64,000 bases of DNA from Candidatus Bathyarchaeota archaeon (GTDB lineage: Archaea; Thermoproteota; Bathyarchaeia; TCS64). The stretch lies in NCBI GenBank assembly GCA_963769425.1, contig CAVYLP010000003.1, positions 29,852 to 93,851 of the forward strand, in the 5' to 3' direction. A model generated the notes under the pieces. It was given only the letters and a program-made list of their open reading frames with translations, was not told where the DNA came from and did no database searches. Made by a program: the position numbers and the translations under genes. Below, in pieces: positions 11,354 to 21,516 of the stretch (its first letter is position 1; the number at the start of each line of letters is the position of its first letter).

Positions 11354-12442
11354 TTGGACGACGATACAGTCATTAGAGTCTACAATCCAAGCGATGAGAA
11401 TGGCATTGTTGAACTCCTACAGATGTCATTCCCATTCTGGAAAAAGATTAAATCCCCTCTCAACTATTGGAGATGGAAATACCTTGAAAACCCGAAGGCC
11501 CCAATCATATTCATCGCCGAAACAGACGGCAAAATCGTAGGAGTCGATCATTTCACTAGGCTCAAGGCAAAAATAGGAGAATCAACCCAGGAAATATACT
11601 ACGGTGACGACGCTGCGACCCACCCTGATTATAGAGGTCGTGGAATCTATAACAAGATCAATAGGTTGCTTGAAGAAGAAAGAAAACGAAATGAGATTAA
11701 GATAGCTTTCTCGTTCACAACAAGCCAAACAGTTGTCAATAGGGGACTCGAAAAGGGCCGCCTTCCTTTTCCGCACCAACTAATTAACATGCTTAATGTG
11801 AATGACATAGACCTCTACCTTAAAACATCAAAGGTAAAAAACTTAACACTATATAGTCTTGGTTTCAAAATCCTTAAGACGGGTAACACGATTGTTAACC
11901 AATTTAAAGAAAAACAAAGAAACACAAATTTCGAGATAATTCAGGTCTCAAAATTTAAAGAGAATATGTGGGAGTTCTGGAAAACAATAGAACAAGAATA
12001 CTCTCTCATCTTCGAAAGAAGCAATGAGTACCTGAATTGGAGATACTCTGACCCCACTGCCGATGAAATAAAAATCCGAGAAGCCGTGATTAAGGACGAG
12101 GTAATCGGATATGTTGTGACCGAACTGAGGAATTATGCCGACAACATCCAAAAAGGCTACATTTTGGATCTTCTAGCGCTCCCCGAAAGACTCGACGCCG
12201 CTGGAAGCCTTTTAGAAAATGCTCTCAGTTACTTTAATAGTCTGGGAATAAATGGTGTCGAATATCAGGTTATTAGGGGACACCCATACCAGAGTCTAGC
12301 GAGCAAATATAACCTCGTAGACACGTCGCTGATATCTAAAAGATACTTTTCATGGCAATACAAGGGTGCTGAGAAAGAGTACGAGACAATCAAAGCAGCA
12401 CCGTCTAATAAAATTCACTTCACACTAAGCGACTATCTCTAA
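11354..12442 (+). CDS. GNAT-family N-acetyltransferase (362 aa), intact member of the three-gene paralog set
   Basis: YGDDAATHPDYRGRGIYNKI (R-G-x-G motif A). The second half repeats the GNAT-like fold (ERSNEYLNWRY...GYILDLLA). Confidence 0.6.
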   Translation: MDDDTVIRVYNPSDENGIVELLQMSFPFWKKIKSPLNYWRWKYLENPKAPIIFIAETDGKIVGVDHFTRLKAKIGESTQEIYYGDDAATHPDYRGRGIYNKINRLLEEERKRNEIKIAFSFTTSQTVVNRGLEKGRLPFPHQLINMLNVNDIDLYLKTSKVKNLTLYSLGFKILKTGNTIVNQFKEKQRNTNFEIIQVSKFKENMWEFWKTIEQEYSLIFERSNEYLNWRYSDPTADEIKIREAVIKDEVIGYVVTELRNYADNIQKGYILDLLALPERLDAAGSLLENALSYFNSLGINGVEYQVIRGHPYQSLASKYNLVDTSLISKRYFSWQYKGAEKEYETIKAAPSNKIHFTLSDYL

Positions 12443-12862
12443 CCACTGACGTACAAAGCCAACCACATCAATCTTTCAATGGAATTTGACTTTCACTAAA
12501 TCGGGGTATAAAATGTGACTCGTGAGAGTCGCCGGCAGTATGAAAGGGAATCTGGCTTGTTCAGATAAACTGCATGACAATGATCTCTTTACCGCAAGAT
12601 TTTTTTGTCAACATTATGGATAACGGTTTGAGAAGTGCTCACCAAACACCTCTGATACCCTTAGCCAAGTAATGCGCGTTCTACTGTCCAGTTAAACTAA
12701 CCGGAAAATAATACTTCGACAAATCGGTTAAATAGTTATGTGAATACTCATGGCTGCTCAAGTAAACCATGCTAAATTGGTTTCAAAAGTTAAAAAAAAA
12801 GCGTAAATTCCCCTGTTAATGACTTGTTAAACACTATAAATATTTCAATGCCTAATGAACTA

Positions 12863-13687
12863 TTAATAATCAACGATTTTTGCCTTTTTTAAGTCCAGAT
12901 TATTTGTACTAGTAATCACTACATTCGAATGAAAAAACTTATAAAAATACTTCATTTTAATTCTCCAGAAATAGTCACGAAGCAACAATCTAGACACATT
13001 AACAATATATCTTGTATAACGAATCTTCGATTTCTCATTGCCATAACGTGCAGGTATGTGGACGTCCATCACTCGGAAGCCAACCACATTTAGTTTCGCA
13101 AGAAGATCATTACAGTAGCCATAGGAGGGATAGACACCATTAAGATCAATTCCATGTAGAGCTTTCGAACTGATAGCTGTGTACCCATTCTGAGGATCAC
13201 CAATATTCCAATATCCTGATGAAAATTTGGTTAGCAACGTCAATAAAAAGTTCCCAAGTCTACGAAAGTTACTCATACCCTTCATATCTTTGATTGATAA
13301 AAGTCTATTTCCCTTGGTGTAGTCGGCCTTATCATCAATTATTGGGTCAACAAGTGAAGGTATATAACTTGGATCCATTTGGTTATCTCCGGCCATTACA
13401 ACTACTATGTCAATATTATCGTCGATGCTTTTTTTATACCCTGTAATTATCCCGGCACCTACTCCCTTGTTTACTTCATGCTTAATTGGGTGAATTCGGA
13501 AATCAGAAAGTGCTAGTTCTGCTGCTATTTCGTATGTTCGATCAGGGGAATCATCGTCAATTACGTAAATCTGATCAATGTAATCCGGAATTGTTTGTAT
13601 GGTTTGTCCAATAAGAAGCTCTTCTTTGTATGCGGGTACGACTACAGAGAGTTTCTTATTTTTATACATTATCGGGACCCTATTCAT
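12863..13687 (-). CDS. Glycosyltransferase family 2 (dolichyl-phosphate sugar synthase-like)
   Basis: N-terminal LSVVVPAYKEE...YVIDDDSPDRT (DxD) and GAGIITGY are typical of GT2. Confidence 0.75.
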   Translation of the reverse strand: MNRVPIMYKNKKLSVVVPAYKEELLIGQTIQTIPDYIDQIYVIDDDSPDRTYEIAAELALSDFRIHPIKHEVNKGVGAGIITGYKKSIDDNIDIVVVMAGDNQMDPSYIPSLVDPIIDDKADYTKGNRLLSIKDMKGMSNFRRLGNFLLTLLTKFSSGYWNIGDPQNGYTAISSKALHGIDLNGVYPSYGYCNDLLAKLNVVGFRVMDVHIPARYGNEKSKIRYTRYIVNVSRLLLRDYFWRIKMKYFYKFFHSNVVITSTNNLDLKKAKIVDY

Positions 13688-13992
13688 TTTAATATGCTAT
13701 TATGAGTAAATCTTCTATCTGATCGATGGATTATCATCGCACGCATATCAGTTCCGTTACAGAATATCCTTGACTTATTAATATCGTCTCCGATATTCTA
13801 GTTCTAATCTATCGTTAGGTAGTAAATTAAAATAATCTTAATAATTATTAGGTGCAGAATAAAAAACTATTAGACCCTGATAAAAGTGTTACAATCTTTG
13901 TCAAGTTAAATAAAGCATTGAATAAAACCAGTCGAAATAGAACAGCGCGCATTAAAGATAAGACGTATTGACCATATTGCCCATTTTACTAT

Positions 13993-14936
13993 TTAGCCCA
14001 CCAGGACTCTCTGCCTTGTCTTCGAAGATCTCAGAGCCTCCTCACAGAGGGTAAGTGCACGAAGACCGTCTTCCCCGGTTATCTCAGGAGATAAACCGTT
14101 GGCGACGTGGTCTATGAATGAGCGAAGTTCCTCCTGAAGAGGTTCTTTATATGGTAAAAAGGGCTGTACAATCATTTCGTTATTTTCGATGGTGATCTGC
14201 TGGGTAGTGTACTCGACGTTGATTATTCCTTCTGTTCCGGTTACTGTGAGTGTCCTGATTCTTCTTGGGGTAAGCCAGTTTGTTTCGATAAATGCACTCC
14301 GGTCTCTATCATAGAAAAGATTGATGTTAGCATAATCTTCATACTTATGCCTGATACACCCTGCTACGGCTGAAACATACTGTGGCTCCCCTATGAGAAT
14401 GTGATTAATAATATCAATATCGTGGATGGCAAGGTCTTTCACAACACCAACGTCACCAATCCGATCTGGACTTCGACTTACTCTACGGGAGTGAGCAAGT
14501 ATTACATCTCCAATTTCGCCATTGGAACTTCTCTATACACCTCTTGGACTGCGGGATTGAATCGTTCTACGAAGCCAACCGTTAGAAAGACCCCAGCTTT
14601 GTGGGCCTTATCGATCAGGTTTTTCGCCTCTTCAATTGTATTCGTCATCGGTTTCTCGACAAGAACATGCTTACCATTTTCAATGGCTTGTAGGGCGAGA
14701 TCGTGGTGTGTTATAGTTGGTGTACAAATATCGACGACTTGTATGTTAGGGTCGTGGAATATTATTTTTGGATCGGTGTAGTATGGTACATGGTAAAGTT
14801 CACCGATCTCTCTAGCGGTAGGTTCATGAGCATCCGATATTGCCACAAGTTTGGCTCCGGGTAGGCTCCTGTAAACGCGAGCGTGGTTTCGACCCCAGCT
14901 CCCACATCCTATTACTGCGGCATTAATCGTCGACAT
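13993..14936 (-). pseudogene. Gfo/Idh/MocA-family NAD(P)-dependent sugar oxidoreductase, split by a frameshift
   Basis: ORF 14502..14936 carries the Rossmann N-terminus (AAVIGCGSWGRNHARVY...EKP). ORF 13993..14442 carries the C-terminal domain. They are in different frames and joined near 14445-14505. Confidence 0.6.
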
Positions 14937-15210
14937 AGTAGAGATGTTGTTAGTTGAAGGATTAATGGGTTATTAAAATAAGGATACACTCTTGCCAATG
15001 ATCAAGAGTCCAGAAGGAAAAAAGAAGCAATTCGCGGCAATTAATTAACCTATTTTGCTTCGTCAAAAAATGTTTATAAACTTCAGGAAGAAAGTTGAAA
15101 TTTTTATATAAACTGAGATTGTGAGCCTTAGGATCATCTACATATTGTGAGCTCCAGCACGTAGCACAGTGTAAATTAATTTAATAATTAGTCCCCGGTT
15201 TAAATTCATT

Positions 15211-15453
15211 TTAGCTGACTATACCGAGAACCTTAATTAAAGCAAAATAGCTAAGTGTCATAAGAAAGGCTACCCCAACTAAATCTACGTCTCGTCTCTT
15301 TTGTCTGAAAATTAGAGTTGTTCCAAAATAACAAATACTCAGAATTGTGAGATAGATGTCCAAAGTAATCTTTGGGATTAGGAATTGTGCAGTTAAGAGT
15401 GATACAAAGAAAACGATACTGAGTGTTGAAATATAGAGTTTTTGTTTATTCAT
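15211..15453 (-). CDS. Small membrane protein (80 aa, three hydrophobic segments)
   Basis: ORF only. Confidence 0.3.
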   Translation of the reverse strand: MNKQKLYISTLSIVFFVSLLTAQFLIPKITLDIYLTILSICYFGTTLIFRQKRRDVDLVGVAFLMTLSYFALIKVLGIVS

Positions 15454-15464
15454 CTTTTATCACC

Positions 15465-16740
15465 CTAAATATCGCCGTAATTATTTTTCCAGTTGTATTC
15501 TCTTCCTTTAGAATAATTGGGGCGTGGTAGATTATTTGCGAGTACGCTACCAACTATGCTTGTTTGGAGTGTTCCTAGGACGGCTATGTAGCGTGGAAAG
15601 TCGAAGTTGAGCGTGCTTACTTTCATTTGAATGAGGACGTCTTCACCCTGTTTGATCTCCTTAACCGACTGGATAAGGCCTAAACCCTCTACGAGAGTGT
15701 TTCTGAGTGCTTCCTCAATTGAAACATCATTATTTAGTGATTCGATTAAATCGCCACCAATCGGCATACGGATCATTAGCCCTAGCTTCCTATCGATATC
15801 TATAACGAGCCTCGGTGGGGCATCTACCAGTTTTTTAAATAGATTAAAATCAGTAGGCTCTCCGAGAGGTATATATGCATACGTTCTTCCCTCCTTACTA
15901 GGGAGATAGATCGCCTTCTCTTTAGCTTCGAATTGCTCGAGAATGGCTTCCACATTATATAATGACTCTTTTAACATCGCGAGCAGATTTTTATGGGGTG
16001 TGGGATCGTTTGGGAGCAGCATAGTGGTGGCGCCTAAAACGAATATGGCGATCCCTATCGCTGTAAAGAGACTGCTGTTGAATCTGAAAAATGCAATCAC
16101 TGACAGCCCGGCACCGATGGATGTGAGGATGAACCCAAGAAGGATGTAGGGGGAGATCTTAATCTTTCGCGTTGCCTTCACCTTGGATGGGCTCGTTTTC
16201 GATTCATTACGGTACCAAACGCGTACACCCCAGATTAGTAATACAAATACGCCCAAGGATGCGAGAAAAAGTGATACTCCTCTAGCGTTTATGTCTCGTA
16301 AAAAGTAGGAGAAGGGATGAGAAAAATCAGCTGAGACAACCCCATACCAGAGATACTTCGTTGCATTACTAAACGAATTATCAAAGTTGAGTCTATAGTA
16401 TCCATTTTCGTTGGCTGTCCACGTTACTTGTTCAGGGTTGATGATTCTCTTTTCGACTATAGACGTATTCGAGGGACTCTTTATGCTGAAATCGAGGTTG
16501 TTATTTCCGCCAGATATGTGGATCTCGACAGACTACTTTTGTTCCTTGGGGAAGCCAAGTCAAGAGATAATTCTGGGAGGAGGGATTAATAGTCGAATTT
16601 GCTTCCGTTGGATAAATGTGGTAAGATTCTGATACTATTAACGGTCCTACTATCATCAGACCAATACCTAGTAGTATCAGAAAAAAACCTGGAACTAAAA
16701 AAATCGTGTTGTTTCCCTTTAAAAAAGAACTCATGTCCAC
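15465..16740 (-). CDS. Membrane-anchored protein of unknown function. It is probably one gene whose annotated ORFs (15465..16256 and 16501..16740) are joined by an open frame and a frameshift.
   Basis: The 15465 frame stays open upstream to 16532 with no start codon. ORF 16501..16740 supplies an N-terminal TM segment in another frame. The 16256 start is TTG. Confidence 0.35.
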
Positions 16741-17033
16741 TAGTTACTTCGACCAGTTTAATAATAGTTTATGCCTTCTTGTTTCTGTTTGTTTTTTATG
16801 TAGAAAAGGTAGTGAAGAGGAAAGTAACAATGAGAACGAAAGTGCTATTGGGTTTCGGCGCACGCAATTCATAAATGGCTCAAATTAATTGGAAATTCAT
16901 AACAGTTTCTACAATCATTATCACTTATTAAAAAGAGTGTTTCGGGAATAAATTCTTATAAATGAGGATGAAAATCGCACCCTTTTCAAGGATGTATATT
17001 AATAGCTAAAAAAATAACTTTTATTGTTACAAA

Positions 17034-17311
17034 ATGGCATTCGATCCACTTGAATTGGTTATTATCGTCGTAGCAGTTGCACTTCTTTTCTAGGGCCCAA
17101 GCAGATCCCCGAACTAGCGAGAGCACTCGGAAGAGCAAGAGGTGAGTACAGTAAAGCCAGCAAGGAAATAGATAACGAGGAGAAGCCTAAATCACGAAAG
17201 GAGACCCCCGAAGACCCGTTAACAACTGTGGCCCTAAGCCTAGGAATAAGCGTGGAAGGAAAGTCAAAGGACCAGATTGCTAAGGAGATAATTGATAAAA
17301 AATCTTTCTAA
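17034..17311 (+). pseudogene. Second TatA-like gene (tatA paralog) disrupted by a 1-nt frame change at a G-run
   Basis: Frame 0 gives MAFDPLELVIIVVAVALLF then TAG (17091-17093). The +2 frame from 17093 gives GPKQIPELARALGRARGEYSKASKEIDNEE...KKSF*. Joined, they match TatA (…LIWGPNKIPELARALGRAKNEYSKA). The break falls where TatA1 has Trp (TGG). Confidence 0.6.
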
Positions 17312-17379
17312 GAAAAGATGAGTTTTAGGATTCCTCGTCTAAGCGGACTCATTAGTCATGATATTTCACATAGTCAAGA

Positions 17380-18288
17380 CTATATTCTTGACTTCCCGCA
17401 CTTCCGGCAGAATGCCTCATTCCCCTTAAACTTAGTCCCACAATAATTGCACTTGGATTCGACTGCTTTAGGGAATTCAATGAGGTTTGGAGTCACCCTG
17501 TTCTTCTCATACCTCTTAGCAACTATAATCGCGCCCTCGATCATTATAATCACTGGTATGAATAGAGCAAGATCCGCGAGCGGGCCTCCATCTGGACTTA
17601 TCAGCGCTGTGATGGCGTAGATTATAATGTAGAAGATCTTCCTGTTCTGTGTGATGATGGAGGTACCAACTACGCCAAATTTTACCAGAAGCACAAAAAA
17701 GACCGGAAATGTAAATCCAAATCCAGTGAATAGTACCGTAGTGAAGATCATCGAGTAGAAATCAAGAGCCGTGATGATTGGCTGCGCGCCCACGAACTGT
17801 GCGAAAATAATCACCGTCAACGACATAAATGGAGCTAAAAATAGGTAACCGAAGGCTGCCCCGGCTGCGAAGAAGAGTGTAAATCCTAACACAAAGGGGT
17901 AAACTGCCTTCCTTTCGTTCTCTAGCAGGGCTGGATTAATGAATTGAAATATCTCGTATCCAATGATCGGGGAACTGACAACAAACCCGAGTAGGATAGA
18001 GGCGAAGACATAAACCTCGAGAGGATCACCAATCTGCAGACTGATAATCTGTAGCTCAGTTGGAGCAACATAGTTCTTGACGACCTCCAGCATGACCGAG
18101 ATCATTGGTCTGTAAAATCCTGTAAGAAAACTTGAAGGATTAATTAAATCAAGGGGATTCGCGGGGAAAAGCATGAAAAAGATAGTGCTTACGAGAAGTG
18201 CAATAATAATAACCTTAGATCTGTCGGCCAACTCCTGAACATGCTCAAGAAAATTAGCCACTATACCAGGTTCTTCAGTCGCCGCCAC
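17380..18288 (-). CDS. tatC: Sec-independent protein translocase TatC with a C-terminal zinc-ribbon extension
   Basis: Six hydrophobic segments. N-terminal HVQELADRSK and SPDGGPLADLALFIPV match TatC motifs. C-terminal CNYCGTKFKGNEAFCRKCG. It lies 46 nt downstream of tatA. Confidence 0.85.
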   Translation of the reverse strand: MAATEEPGIVANFLEHVQELADRSKVIIIALLVSTIFFMLFPANPLDLINPSSFLTGFYRPMISVMLEVVKNYVAPTELQIISLQIGDPLEVYVFASILLGFVVSSPIIGYEIFQFINPALLENERKAVYPFVLGFTLFFAAGAAFGYLFLAPFMSLTVIIFAQFVGAQPIITALDFYSMIFTTVLFTGFGFTFPVFFVLLVKFGVVGTSIITQNRKIFYIIIYAITALISPDGGPLADLALFIPVIIMIEGAIIVAKRYEKNRVTPNLIEFPKAVESKCNYCGTKFKGNEAFCRKCGKSRI

Positions 18289-18334
18289 ATAGCATCCCTA
18301 CAGGACTGGTGAGTAATTAAAAAAAGGAAAGACC

Positions 18335-18631
18335 TTAGAGGTTGGTCTTCTTCGCAACAATCGCGTCGGCGATCTCATCCCGCGTCTTCCCGACTGTTTC
18401 GATGCCGAGTTGCTGCGCCACCTCAATGATTTTATCGGGTGCCGGAGCACTCTTAGGAGCCTCCTTCATGGCCTCCTGCGTGAAGACCTCTACCTCACTC
18501 GCGGCCTTAGAATATTCATTCTTCGCGCGTCCGAGCGCCCTGGCTAATTCAGGGATCTTGTTAGGTCCCCAGATCAGGAATATCATGATGGCTCCGACAA
18601 TTACAACCAGTTCAAGTGGATCTAACGCCAT
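18335..18631 (-). CDS. tatA: Twin-arginine translocase subunit TatA (98 aa)
   Basis: MALDPLELVVIVGAIMIFLIWGPNKIPELARALGRAKNEYSKA. N-terminal TM segment plus amphipathic helix. Confidence 0.85.
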   Translation of the reverse strand: MALDPLELVVIVGAIMIFLIWGPNKIPELARALGRAKNEYSKAASEVEVFTQEAMKEAPKSAPAPDKIIEVAQQLGIETVGKTRDEIADAIVAKKTNL

Positions 18632-18670
18632 TTTCCATCGATTCAGCGAAGGGAAGCTTTCTTAATATAC

Positions 18671-18708
18671 CTAATCGATTAGCTATTTTTAATTTAAAAT
18701 AGCTAATC
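18671..18708. promoter_or_regulatory. Nested perfect palindromes in the divergent tatA / PvcA-like intergenic region. This is a candidate operator.
   Basis: The 12-bp palindrome ctaatcgattag (18671-18682) overlaps 13-bp inverted arms gattagctatttt (18677-18689) and aaaatagctaatc (18696-18708). The site lies about 45-60 bp upstream of the tatA start. Confidence 0.45.
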
Positions 18709-18917
18709 AATTCATCAAGATACAGTTTTTCATCTTATCTATTTATAAAAAAAAATTCTAATGGAGAAACCACTGCTCGACAGCGAGGCGGGTGGTGTAG
18801 GAATGGAAATTGAACCAATTGTAATAGCCATATAACGGCTGTCCTTTTCACACATCTCTATTCGACTAATTAACTGATGCCCCCAAAACCTCGCATGCAG
18901 TTGAGAGCACGCACATA

Positions 18918-19951
18918 TTGGTTAGAAAATACGTAACTCCTATAATGGTAAAAATCACATCTGTGTCTGATAACACATTGGAAAAAGTAGGCGAACCTTC
19001 ATTAAAGCAATACTTGAACCAAATCATTGACTACGTAAAGACAAAAGAACAACCCAACAAACAAATTACCTCAAATAAACTCGTAGAAACACTCTTCGAC
19101 ACACTACTCTCACACGACTTCTGCTACCTAACGAGAACCCAAGTCGTACCCTACACATCGCAGATAATCGACGCATTCCAATCCGCAACACAGAAAAACA
19201 AACCACTACCCATGTACCTTGACCTCGGGCCCGGATACCACGCAGCCCTTGAAAAAAGCGACCCAAGACGCCTCTCCTTCGAGGTAGACCTAGGAGAACT
19301 CCTAGTTCTATATCAGATGAGAAAATTCATCAATAGAGTAAATAAAATCTATCCACCCGGGGCTGAGTTCAACATTATAATTGACAACGTGTGCGCTGTC
19401 TACGTAAACGACATCAACACTAAGGAAACGGAGCACTACTGCAGCCGATTCAGGGAACTAATAAGAGAGATGAATATGGAGGACCATGTAAAACTCCTCG
19501 TCGAATCGGAGCACTTCAACGTATCAGACTATGATGTTAAACCAATCCCCGAAGATGAAATAAAATCCTACGAACTCACAAAAGATGAACATGAAAACGT
19601 CGAACGATTCATTGGGCGCGCCTGCTCCAAAGAAGAGGCAATTAGGAGAATACTAACATACAAACAGATAGGAGACAGAACAGATGAGTTATTCTACAGC
19701 TTTTTCCAACACGGAGTACACATGACACAGAGAGCCTCAAAGCACAACGATAAGCTTCAGACCATTCCCAGGAGGCGACTCTAGGATACAGAGCCGGAAA
19801 AGTCGTCCTCGGCATCAACAACAGAAACAAAGTGTATCCCTTCCTGTTAACCAGCACCAACTACGAAAAATTCGTATATGAGAGCTTCACCTTCCCGGAG
19901 ATTCAACCGAAGGCAATTCGAGAAATAACGTTCGCTCACCCATCATAAATA
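18918..19951 (+). pseudogene. Hypothetical protein with tentative similarity to the DIT1/PvcA (isonitrile synthase) family. The C-terminus continues in another frame.
   Basis: The main ORF ends at TAG 19782-19784. The adjacent frame continues as GYRAGKVVLGINNRNKVYPFLLTSTNYEKFVYESFTFPEIQPKAIREITFAHPS. The segment IYPPGAEFNIIIDNVCAVYVNDI recalls the PvcA/IsnA core from memory only. Confidence 0.35.
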
Positions 19952-20169
19952 TCCAATTAACAAGCGTTCAATCCTACTAAAGGATCGAAGGTCAGCCAAA
20001 CGTAATTAATTCAATGGATTAGGCTTCATTCCAGCATTTCGAAAACAGGAACTAGCCGTCAAAGCAACCATAAAAACATCATACCTGCCACCTTGACGCT
20101 GCTAAAAAAGTCCAGACCCTCATGATTCACACCAATAATGAAGATTTCAGTTAATTATTAAAAATATAA

Positions 20170-20279
20170 TTGGTGCCGGGAATGGGAATTGAACCCATGG
20201 TCTCTATCCGGCTAAGGCACTGGTGCCTATAACCTCTGGATCATGAGTCCAGCGCATTAGCCAAGCTATGCTACCCCGG
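20170..20279 (-). tRNA. tRNA-Met/Ile2 (anticodon CAT) with an approximately 31-nt intron at a non-canonical position (variable-loop / T-arm junction). CCA is genome-encoded.
   Basis: Minus-strand read GCCGGGG-TA-GCAT-AGCTTGGCTA-ATGC-G-CTGGA-CTCATGA-TCCAG-[AGGTT...GAGACC insert]-ATGGG-TTCAATT-CCCAT-TCCCGGC-A-CCA. The acceptor, D, anticodon and T stems all pair. The extra 31 nt contains a GGCAC-CA-GTGCC hairpin. Confidence 0.6.
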
Positions 20280-20319
20280 CCCTTCTGACCCATACACACT
20301 GCACAAATTTAAATCCTGA

Positions 20320-21516
20320 TCATCGCTCAACGAGCCTAGGTTCACTAAGGGCGATAGGTCTTCCCTTCTCAAAATACACCCTTGGTAACAGTGGATGCAA
20401 CCCAACCATGAGGGAATACGTCATAATTCCGGCTAGTTCAGCCACGTTATGCGCGTTATTCACACCACCACGCCCTATGGCTTCTACTACCCCACCCACG
20501 TCGACGTCTGTCCCATCAAGATCGACTAGGAAGTGATTGACAGATACCGTCCCTAGTACATGTTTGATCCTCCCATCCACCATGACTAGGCCTTTCTTCG
20601 TCAAGCCCCTCGGGTAGCCGTCGGAGTACCCGATATGAACTGTCCCCACCTTCATCCTCTTAGAAGCCGTGAATCTCCTAGAATAGGTGAGGGACTCTCC
20701 AGACTCAACCCACTTGACCTGTTCGACTCGAGCTTTGAGGGAAATTGCCAACTTTAGGTCCAAACCGCTCTCCCGATCCTCAGGGTCGGGATAGAACCCG
20801 TAGAGCATTAAGCCCGGCCGAACAGCGTCCAAAAACGTGAAGGGTCTGTGGAAGACCGCGTTTCCACTTGCCATGCTGCGGACCCCATACCTAATCCCCA
20901 ATCGATCCAACTCTGCGCTGACATCCTTCATTCTATCAACCTGAATCCGATCAAGTTCCGCATCCTCCGACATGGTCGAGAAAATACCGGTTATCTCAAG
21001 GTGCGTAAGAGACGAAATATACTGAACGAGATCAACGGCTTCGCTCCACCTTACACCAACTCTACCGAGTCCTGTGTCGATCTTAACCCGAGTCTCAGCC
21101 TTCTTCCCGACTTTTTGGGCTGCGGATTCTAGTCTCTCCGCCGTTTTCTTCTGGTAAATCGTCTGCGTGATTTCTTTTGTGACAACCAATTCATAATGCT
21201 CATCTGAGAAGAGGGGATCCATGCTGATCACACCACAATCAAGGTGAGAGTCCCTGATCTGCTCGGCCTCCCAAAGCTTTGCTACGAGGTACTGCTTGAT
21301 GCCCATCCTCATCATATGCGCAACTACTGGTACCAACCCATGGCCGTAGGCATTCGTTTTAACACAGGGGATCACTTCGACTTGGACCTTTTTCTTAACT
21401 TCTTCAAGGTTGTATGTGATAGCGTCGAGGTCGATCTCGAGCCAAGAGGGAAAGCCCTGGATACGTTTCTCTATCTCTTCAGAGGAAAGCTGCCTAGCGA
21501 AATAGGCTTCAGCCAA
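20320..21516 (-). CDS. alr: Alanine racemase (PLP-dependent)
   Basis: VKTNAYGHG pyridoxal-phosphate attachment motif near the N-terminus. Length and C-terminal beta-domain are consistent. Confidence 0.8.
   Translation of the reverse strand: MAEAYFARQLSSEEIEKRIQGFPSWLEIDLDAITYNLEEVKKKVQVEVIPCVKTNAYGHGLVPVVAHMMRMGIKQYLVAKLWEAEQIRDSHLDCGVISMDPLFSDEHYELVVTKEITQTIYQKKTAERLESAAQKVGKKAETRVKIDTGLGRVGVRWSEAVDLVQYISSLTHLEITGIFSTMSEDAELDRIQVDRMKDVSAELDRLGIRYGVRSMASGNAVFHRPFTFLDAVRPGLMLYGFYPDPEDRESGLDLKLAISLKARVEQVKWVESGESLTYSRRFTASKRMKVGTVHIGYSDGYPRGLTKKGLVMVDGRIKHVLGTVSVNHFLVDLDGTDVDVGGVVEAIGRGGVNNAHNVAELAGIMTYSLMVGLHPLLPRVYFEKGRPIALSEPRLVER

Noticed and set aside
16599-16888. Small ORFs 16599..16874 and 16706..16888 (+)
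   Set aside because: They are low-complexity translations of an AT-rich spacer and the antisense of the 16501..16740 membrane-protein fragment.
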